Assembly: GCA_028824685.1 (NCBI GenBank)
Contig: JAPPCZ010000086.1
Coordinates: 270,339-334,338 of the forward strand
Direction: 5' to 3'
Length of the DNA: 64,000 bases
Source: Candidatus Poribacteria bacterium
GTDB lineage: Bacteria; Poribacteria; WGA-4E; WGA-3G
The translations under genes were made by a program, and so were the position numbers. Under the pieces are notes generated by a model. That model was not told the DNA's origin, searched no databases, and saw only the letters and a list, made by a program, of their open reading frames with translations. Below, piece by piece: positions 57,461 through 64,000 of the stretch (its first letter is position 1; each line of letters starts with the position of its first letter).

Positions 57461-57748
57461 CTATTTCATGTAACGGACTTCACCATCAACTTCAATGGTA
57501 TCAACGATTGCCATGACAACACCATCAACAGGTTTGTTGCTTGTCACACTCGTCTGACGCGCTGAGCTGCCTGTTGCTATAAGAACAATTTCACCGATGC
57601 CAGCACCGACAGCGTCCACCGCGACTGTGTACTTCCGTTCTAATTCTCCATCTAAATTAACATCTTGGACAATCAGCAACTTGCTTCCAACAAGTTTCTC
57701 ATCTTTTTGCGTTGCAACGACTGTCCCCGTAACCTTTCCAAGTATCAT
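57461..57748 (-). CDS. Bacterial microcompartment vertex protein (EutN/CcmL family, BMC-P)
   Basis: MILGKVTGTVVATQKDEKLVGSKLLIVQ...VAVDAVGAGIGEIVL..GSSAR...PVDGVVMAIVD. Confidence 0.93.
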   Translation of the reverse strand: MILGKVTGTVVATQKDEKLVGSKLLIVQDVNLDGELERKYTVAVDAVGAGIGEIVLIATGSSARQTSVTSNKPVDGVVMAIVDTIEVDGEVRYMK

Positions 57749-57818
57749 TCAAAAAGCCTTTGTTTTAGTTTTAAATCAATTATTTTTCTCTGATGTTTAC
57801 AGCGTAATGCGTGAGAAA

Positions 57819-57847
57819 TTGACAAATTACTATCATCATGTTAAACT
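57819..57847 (+). promoter_or_regulatory. Sigma70-type promoter for thiO
   Basis: TTGACA-N17-TAAACT with TG extension. Confidence 0.55.
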
Positions 57848-57877
57848 ATTTCAGCGGGTAAAGTCAAGTCTAAAAGA

Positions 57878-58996
57878 ATGGAGAAAAACTTGAATCAAAA
57901 TAAGACTGATGTAGCAATAATTGGCGGTGGTATCATCGGATGCGCGATTGCTTATGAACTTGCCAAAAGACAGGTAGATGTCATCCTCATTGAAAAAGCA
58001 TCACGCGTTGGCACAGAAGCATCTTGGGCAGGTGCTGGGATTTTAACATCACACGCATCAACACACGAACCGTATCCAGAGTTGTGCCGTGCAAGTCTTG
58101 CTATGTATCCGTCACTGGCAACAGAATTGAAATCCGAGACAGATATAGATATAGAATTTATCCGTTCAGGCACGCTATCAGTCTTTTTCGATGAAGCTGA
58201 AGCCGCAGGTTTAATCGGTTTAGCGGAACGACGAGTTAACCGAGGATTTTCTGCGGAGGTACTTACACCAGAACAGGCATGGGAATTAGAACCTGCTGTT
58301 TCAAAATCCATTGCAGGGGCAGTACTGTTCCCAGAAGATGGACATGTGCGCAACCCCAAAATGGTGGCTGCGTTGACAAAAGGCGCAGCAAATTTTGGGG
58401 CAAAGTTTCTATTGGGTAATCCGGTTACTGAATTTGTTAGAGAAAAGGGACGAGTTGTCGGAGCAGTTGTCAATCGTGAGACTATTCATGCTGACTCGTT
58501 TGTGATTGCTGCGGGATGTTGGGCAGGTAATCTGACCGCATTGCTTGATTTTCCTATCTCAATTTCTCCTGCTAAAGGGCAAATTGTTCTGCTTGAAACA
58601 ATGCCGCCGCTCATACAACGGACAATAGATGGTCTCGGTATCTATATCGTTCAGCGTGCAGATGGGAAGATTCTACTTGGTGCTACGGTGGAGTTTGTAG
58701 GTTACGATAAAACCGCATCGCTTGACGGTGTAAAGCAAATGATAGACGCTGCGGTTGTAATTGCACCGGAACTCGCGCAAAGCACATTTGTGCAAACATG
58801 GGCAGGTTTGCGTCCATATTACAAACAAGGCCCGTGCCTCGGATATCTTCCGGGTTATGACAACGTAGTCTTAGCATCTGGACACTTCAAAAATGGTATC
58901 CTGCTTGCCCCGATTACGGGACAACTCATCGCTGAACTAATTACGACAGGACAGACTTCGCTACCTCTTGAGTCTTTTAAACCTAATGCTATATAG
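57878..58996 (+). CDS. thiO: Glycine oxidase ThiO
   Basis: IIGGGIIG, EASWAGAGIL, AAGCWAG, PAKGQ, WAGLRP, GHFKNGILLAPITG. Confidence 0.85.
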   Translation: MEKNLNQNKTDVAIIGGGIIGCAIAYELAKRQVDVILIEKASRVGTEASWAGAGILTSHASTHEPYPELCRASLAMYPSLATELKSETDIDIEFIRSGTLSVFFDEAEAAGLIGLAERRVNRGFSAEVLTPEQAWELEPAVSKSIAGAVLFPEDGHVRNPKMVAALTKGAANFGAKFLLGNPVTEFVREKGRVVGAVVNRETIHADSFVIAAGCWAGNLTALLDFPISISPAKGQIVLLETMPPLIQRTIDGLGIYIVQRADGKILLGATVEFVGYDKTASLDGVKQMIDAAVVIAPELAQSTFVQTWAGLRPYYKQGPCLGYLPGYDNVVLASGHFKNGILLAPITGQLIAELITTGQTSLPLESFKPNAI

Positions 58997-59195
58997 GGAA
59001 TAAACAACATGCATTTGTAATGAATCCAAGTGAACAGAGATTGTATCCTGGAACTTTTGATATACACATCGTTATTTGCACTTTGGCACATGACCCCGCG
59101 CCAGAGTGCCTTTGCTTTTAATGGACTTTAATAACAGAATCGTATATACTATGATTCTAAATCTGATTTATGACTCTGATGACAGGAGGTAGATA

Positions 59196-59369
59196 ATGGA
59201 AGGTCTTGCAGTTTTGGTGATGTTATTCGGTATTTTTACTGGGATTTTTTGGATGATTGTCGGCTGGCGTGCTATGCAGGCACATGAAAAACTCGCAGAT
59301 TCTGTTGAATTATTAGCACGACAAAGTAATAGGCAAGAACCGCAATCAGGTTCCTTAGGAGAAGATTAA
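59196..59369 (+). CDS. Small single-TM protein (57 aa), absent from the ORF track
   Basis: AGGAGGT SD; MEGLAVLVMLFGIFTGIFWMIVGWRAMQAHEKLADSVELLARQSNRQEPQSGSLGED followed by TAA. Confidence 0.7.
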   Translation: MEGLAVLVMLFGIFTGIFWMIVGWRAMQAHEKLADSVELLARQSNRQEPQSGSLGED

Positions 59370-59457
59370 GGATATCAACACTACAAATAACCCGCATAAA
59401 CTTAGGTAGGTGCGGGTCATATATTTTGATTTGTAAAACACATTATTAAGGAGATAA

Positions 59458-59847
59458 ATGAAACCGCATATTACTATTGTTACGCTTGGTGTTGAAGACT
59501 TGCAACGTTCCGTTGATTTTTATCAGAACGGGTTAGGGTTTCCCTTAATGGGTGACTCGGATAGCATCGCATTTTTTAAGATGGAAGGAATAATATTTGG
59601 GCTATATCCAAGGGATAAACTGGCTGAAGATATTACTATTTCCTCTGAAGGAACTGGCTTTCAAGGATTTACACTTGCTCATAACGTTGATTCGCCAGAA
59701 GATGTGGACAAAACCTTAGCAGAAGCGGTTGCAGCAGGGGCAGAGCTTGTTAAACCGGGACAAAAGGTATTTTGGGGTGGTTATTCCGGCTATTTCAAAG
59801 ACCCTGACGGATTTTATTGGGAAGTTGCACACAATCCGTACTTATAA
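59458..59847 (+). CDS. VOC/glyoxalase family protein
   Basis: ITIVTLGVEDLQRSVDFY, TLAHNV, FWGGYSGYFKDPDGFYWEVAHNP. Confidence 0.92.
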   Translation: MKPHITIVTLGVEDLQRSVDFYQNGLGFPLMGDSDSIAFFKMEGIIFGLYPRDKLAEDITISSEGTGFQGFTLAHNVDSPEDVDKTLAEAVAAGAELVKPGQKVFWGGYSGYFKDPDGFYWEVAHNPYL

Positions 59848-59901
59848 TGTTCCGTTATTTTCATCTAATGACTACGCAAAGATTGATTTGGAGTTTTATT
59901 T

Positions 59902-60921
59902 ATGGACAAAATTAGAGTTGCTTTTATTGGTTGCGGTGGGATGTCATCGCAGTTGCAGCAATGCATCCCGATGGTACCTGAGTTCGAATTTGTGGCTACG
60001 TGTGACCTCGTAGAGGAAAAGGCGGAATCGAACGCACGAAGGTTTGGTGCTTTACGCCACTACACCGATTATAATGAGATGTTCAAAAATGAGGACCTCT
60101 ATGCCGTGGCTGTTGTTGGCAGACCAGAGGATAAACTACATCGCGACATTGGTATTGAATGTCTTCAACAGGGCTATCATATCTATACAGAAAAGCCTCC
60201 TGCCACTACCGCAGAAGGCGCGAAGATGTTGGTAGATGCGTCAGTTGAGACTGGCAAAACGGGAATGGTAGGCACAATGTGGCGGCATGCCCCCGCGCAT
60301 CAGATTGCAAAACGCCTGATTGATGAAGATGATTTCGGATCGACATGCCAATACCATACACGTTATCTTGCCCCAGGTCCGCGTCTCAGTGAAGCAGGAT
60401 CACCATTTGCTTGGTCCTTCATGCTTGATCAGGTGATCCATCCTACCGATTGCATGCGTTTCTTTATGGGACAGGTCAGCGAAGTGTTCGCTATGGGCGA
60501 GATTAATCGTGCATCAAGCACTGTTTCAATGTCCGTAAATCTACGTTACGAAAACGGCGGTATCGGTACGATGACACTCGGCACCGGTCCGGTTTTGGAG
60601 GCGATGGTATTCATCAAAGGCACAAACAATCAAGCGATTCAGGTGCTTGAGACACGCAAGTTGCGTCGTTACCGTATGCCGACATGGCTGGGTACAGGTG
60701 GAGGTTATGCCGATACACCGACTGAAGAATGGGATCTCAATACTGCATACCACGGTGTTGGCAGACCCGGTTATCTGGAAGAGATGCGACATTGGGCACA
60801 ATCTTTACAAGCAGGAACGCAACCACATTCCAGTCTTGAAGATGCATATCAAAATATGCGCGTTTTGGAAGCGATTAGTTGTAGTATTGAAAACGGGGAA
60901 GTGGTTCAAATATCAATATAG
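59902..60921 (+). CDS. Gfo/Idh/MocA family oxidoreductase
   Basis: RVAFIGCGGM, HIYTEKPPA, DQVIHPTD. Confidence 0.88.
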   Translation: MDKIRVAFIGCGGMSSQLQQCIPMVPEFEFVATCDLVEEKAESNARRFGALRHYTDYNEMFKNEDLYAVAVVGRPEDKLHRDIGIECLQQGYHIYTEKPPATTAEGAKMLVDASVETGKTGMVGTMWRHAPAHQIAKRLIDEDDFGSTCQYHTRYLAPGPRLSEAGSPFAWSFMLDQVIHPTDCMRFFMGQVSEVFAMGEINRASSTVSMSVNLRYENGGIGTMTLGTGPVLEAMVFIKGTNNQAIQVLETRKLRRYRMPTWLGTGGGYADTPTEEWDLNTAYHGVGRPGYLEEMRHWAQSLQAGTQPHSSLEDAYQNMRVLEAISCSIENGEVVQISI

Positions 60922-60932
60922 TGGAGGCAGAA

Positions 60933-61166
60933 ATGGAAAAATTAGATCGGATCCAGGTTAATCCTAAGATTTGTCTTGGACAACCTGTGGTTCGAGGCAC
61001 GCGAATCACAGTAAGTGTAATTCTCAAGTTGTTAGCCAACGATAAATCAATTGATGATATTATTGAGATATATCCAGAGTTAGAGGTTCCTGATGTCCAA
61101 GAGGCGATGAAGTATGCTGCTTGGGTGGTTTCAGATCAACTTTTAGAGATGCAAGCGATGCAGTAG
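60933..61166 (+). CDS. DUF433 family antitoxin (VapB45-like)
   Basis: RIQVNPKICLGQPVVRGTRITVSVIL...YPELEVPDVQEAMKYA. Confidence 0.9.
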   Translation: MEKLDRIQVNPKICLGQPVVRGTRITVSVILKLLANDKSIDDIIEIYPELEVPDVQEAMKYAAWVVSDQLLEMQAMQ

Positions 61167-61175
61167 GAGTTACAA

Positions 61176-61550
61176 ATGACCTCGCTTCGTTTTCTTGTTG
61201 ATATGAACCTTTCGCCAAAAACAGTTACTAATTTGCAGCAACACGGTTGGGATATTCTTAGAGTATCACAAGTTTTGCCAATGGATGCAGAAGATTCCGA
61301 AATTCTTGAATTCGCCCGACAACACAACCGTGTGATTATTACACAAGATTTAGACTTTTCCTCCTTACTGGCGTTGGGTGGTCATGAAAAACCCAGTTTG
61401 ATCACCTTTCGTTTATCTGTTCCTGACCCTGAGATAATTACGCAGAAGTTGTTAGAACTCTTACCTCAAATTGCGAATAGATTAGCAGAAGGTTGTGCTA
61501 TAACTATTGATGATCGTAAAGTGCGTGTTCGTCGTTTACCTATCTTATAA
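61176..61550 (+). CDS. DUF5615 PIN-like toxin (VapC45-like)
   Basis: RFLVDMNLSP, DSEILEFAR..NRVIITQDLDFS; follows the DUF433 gene. Confidence 0.88.
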   Translation: MTSLRFLVDMNLSPKTVTNLQQHGWDILRVSQVLPMDAEDSEILEFARQHNRVIITQDLDFSSLLALGGHEKPSLITFRLSVPDPEIITQKLLELLPQIANRLAEGCAITIDDRKVRVRRLPIL

Positions 61551-61571
61551 CTTGAACTCAATGAAAATATT

Positions 61572-62468
61572 ATGATTTGGTCACCCCGCGTAAAACCGAT
61601 TAAAATAAGACGTTTATACCGATTCTCACGACTCGGCATCTATGATGATATGTTGCTACATGATGTTGGATGGGAACTGTATGCCCGATGTGCTGATATA
61701 GCAACGGTTGCAGATGTTTACCGAGAGGGACAAGTGCCTTGTCCACAGTGTAGGACAAAAATAGCGAGGCAGATAGATCCACTTTTTAGTACTGGTGAAG
61801 GTGGAACTCGCGAGAATTGGTTCCACTGCTCACACTGTGGAGGTAGACTTCTCTGGCGCGATTGTCGTCAAGCATTGCGTGACACACCACGATGTTTTAC
61901 ATGTCGTTCTGTTTTACAGCAAAATAACGAATTGCAGTGTGTTTGTGGTAAAACATGGTCTCAGGAAGCCTATAATCAGTCAGTCAGAACTCGTGTTCGT
62001 TTACCGTGTCCACACTGTCATAATCTCGTCCGCAGACCTGAAAAACCTCCTTCAACTCAAAATGTAAAACATCGGCGATCTAAACCTGAATTACAATGCC
62101 CGAAGTGTCAAGAGACAGCACTGCATGTCTCTGGCAACATTCAGTGTACAGTGTGCGATTACAAACGTAGGTGGCGAGATTACCGTAAAAGCCTCAAAAA
62201 GAAAGATGAAAAACTTACTTGCACTGGCTGTGGTTATTCCTTTCGGTGGCAAGCATGGCGAAAAAGCACTCGAACACTAAGAACTGGTAATCCTAAACCA
62301 GCTCGGGAATTTATCCAAAAATGGCTCAGATGCTACACACCCCAACAGCGTATGATTCAAATTGATTCCTTACTTCAGACGTTGCATGGTAGAGGCCCTT
62401 TAGCACCTCTGTTTATTGATAGCGGTGAGCGCTGCATACGAGAGATGCTTGATGATTTGGCGTCATAA
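61572..62468 (+). CDS. Basic multi-zinc-ribbon hypothetical protein
   Basis: CPQC, CSHC, CFTC, CVC, CPHC, CPKC, CTVC, CTGC. Confidence 0.7.
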   Translation: MIWSPRVKPIKIRRLYRFSRLGIYDDMLLHDVGWELYARCADIATVADVYREGQVPCPQCRTKIARQIDPLFSTGEGGTRENWFHCSHCGGRLLWRDCRQALRDTPRCFTCRSVLQQNNELQCVCGKTWSQEAYNQSVRTRVRLPCPHCHNLVRRPEKPPSTQNVKHRRSKPELQCPKCQETALHVSGNIQCTVCDYKRRWRDYRKSLKKKDEKLTCTGCGYSFRWQAWRKSTRTLRTGNPKPAREFIQKWLRCYTPQQRMIQIDSLLQTLHGRGPLAPLFIDSGERCIREMLDDLAS

Positions 62469-62583
62469 GTTTAAATGTTCTCAACATAAGATATTTTCTT
62501 GTGATTTTCCAAAAGAGAGGTTATACTAATTGTAAAGGTTTAAGAAACATATAATTGTCAATTACATTACGGAGGGATAAACA

Positions 62584-63591
62584 ATGAATTCAGGTTGTGG
62601 CTGTTCAGATAATACACCAACGAAAGAAATTATTCGGTTGTCCCCACGCGATGAAGAAGCGATTTCATTGCCGCATGTTTTCCAATGGGAACCGTTTGAT
62701 GACGCGTATGAGTATGTTCTTCTAATTGATGAAATTAGAGGAAAAGATGCTGTTTGTATCAAGGAGACACAAAAAACGCAAATCCAGCTTGAAGAAACAG
62801 ATCTGGATATTAACGGAAATTATCTCTGGCATCTTGAAGTGCTTGATAATGCGGGGAAAACAATCGCGACAACGAAGGGCGGTTGCGGCACACCGATTTC
62901 TACCTTTGCAGTAAAATCCACCGATGCAGAAAATACTCCTAATAATAATCGTCGGATACTACTCGATTTCTCACATAACGAGTCGGACATAAGAAGTCTC
63001 GGTGTATACAATTTCTCACAATATACAGCCTACAAGCTGCTGCGGGAAAATGGTTTCAAAGTCGAAACTAACCCCCATAAAAAGTTGTGGAAGGACCTAC
63101 TTTCTGACTATGACGAACTGATACTACACGGTAAGTACGCAGGTCCAATTGTACCTTTTGTTCCGAGTGAAATAGAAGCAATCACAGATTATGTGGCTAA
63201 TGGTGGCACACTATTTGTCCTGTGCTGGGGCAGCGGTGGTGGTGCTGAGATGCCCGATTTTTATAACCCGTTATTGAAGGACTTTGGCATTGAACTAAAA
63301 CCGATACCGGACCCAGATTTCAGGAAGGCAGAGAATCTCTCAGCAGAGATTTTCCCAGATGTTAACGAAATTGCACTTCAGTGTCCAGCAGAAATCGTTG
63401 GAGAAGGATACGACGTGTTAGGAAGTGCTTCCACTGGCGAGGATTTGTTAGTTAAAAAGCGTTATGACAAAGGAACGGTTTTAGTTTCTGGCATGGGCAT
63501 GGCATTTATGGATTCTTATATGGGTGGAAAAAACGAAAGGGCAATTAACAATCAACAGGCTTTTGTCAATTTGATGAGAAATACCTGCTAA
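62584..63591 (+). CDS. Hypothetical protein with N-terminal beta-sandwich and class-I GATase-like (DUF4350/ThuA-like) domain
   Basis: GGAGG SD; RILLDFSHNE, LSDYDELIL, EIEAITDYVANGGTLFVL, NPLLKDFGI. Confidence 0.6.
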   Translation: MNSGCGCSDNTPTKEIIRLSPRDEEAISLPHVFQWEPFDDAYEYVLLIDEIRGKDAVCIKETQKTQIQLEETDLDINGNYLWHLEVLDNAGKTIATTKGGCGTPISTFAVKSTDAENTPNNNRRILLDFSHNESDIRSLGVYNFSQYTAYKLLRENGFKVETNPHKKLWKDLLSDYDELILHGKYAGPIVPFVPSEIEAITDYVANGGTLFVLCWGSGGGAEMPDFYNPLLKDFGIELKPIPDPDFRKAENLSAEIFPDVNEIALQCPAEIVGEGYDVLGSASTGEDLLVKKRYDKGTVLVSGMGMAFMDSYMGGKNERAINNQQAFVNLMRNTC

Positions 63592-63645
63592 ACTTGTCTT
63601 AGTAGGGTTTTTTAATATGGATGGGCTCTGAAGGGAAATCAACAG

Positions 63646-64000
63646 ATGAATTTTCACCTAATGCAAAACATAGACCTGAGAAAAGAACTGAAAAAACGTG
63701 GATTGAAAGGGTACTCGTCGTTAAGAAAAGCCCAATTGATTGAGTATCTTTCAACAGGAATTCATCCACTGAAAAGAACAGAAACACCATCAACAATTGC
63801 AGAGGGTGAAATTTACGACTCTCCTTCTGACAGTGTAAGATATTCACCAACTACTTTAGGAGGAACAACCAAAAATCTTCCTGTTAATCAAATCTTATCA
63901 GGTGACTGTTTAAAAGTTCTTTCTTCTTTTCCAGATGGAGTCTTTGATTGTTGCATCACTGATCCGCCGTTTAATATGTCCAAAACAAAAGGATTGGGTT
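63646..64000 (+). CDS. N4/N6 DNA methyltransferase (beta-class-like) with N-terminal Rho_N/HeH-like domain; truncated by the window end
   Basis: Open frame MNFHLMQNIDLRKELKKRGLKGYSSLRKAQLIEYL...NQILSGDCLKVL..FPDGVFDCCITDPPFN runs off the window; not in the ORF track. Confidence 0.82.
   Translation, partial: MNFHLMQNIDLRKELKKRGLKGYSSLRKAQLIEYLSTGIHPLKRTETPSTIAEGEIYDSPSDSVRYSPTTLGGTTKNLPVNQILSGDCLKVLSSFPDGVFDCCITDPPFNMSKTKGLG

Overview
A gene-dense bacterial chromosomal window. The gene repertoire (PhyH-family dioxygenase, WD40/LRR proteins with dockerin and FlgD/T9SS-like tails, PorV-like protein, DUF6785-type membrane protein, BMC vertex protein) suggests Candidatus Poribacteria, a sponge symbiont. 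That is an inference, not a database result. Housekeeping and metabolic genes include minCDE, bioD, alr, thiO, a pduO-type adenosyltransferase, 5-formyl-THF cyclo-ligase, ABC transporter parts, enolase-superfamily dehydratases and a LarA-family racemase. No rRNA, tRNA, CRISPR array or transposase was recognised. Main observations: (1) a rhodanese-MoeB gene that the ORF track splits at an in-frame TGA lying at the conserved Cys and followed by a SECIS-like hairpin, i.e. a probable selenoprotein; (2) a cluster of secreted eukaryote-like repeat proteins with cohesin/dockerin modules and two kinds of C-terminal tail, next to a PorV-family gene; (3) two tandem ABC-ATPase + PIN cassettes resembling a conflict/defence system; (4) GTAG-type REP palindromes, three of them interrupted by 35-37 nt micro-inserts that end in CGTTGATT; (5) an operon joining a microcompartment vertex gene, a RegB-like kinase and a degenerate NtrC-like regulator; (6) a candidate three-way-junction leader RNA; (7) a PhyH protein with a halogenase-like HxG motif; (8) a Rho_N/HeH-fused DNA methyltransferase cut by the window edge.
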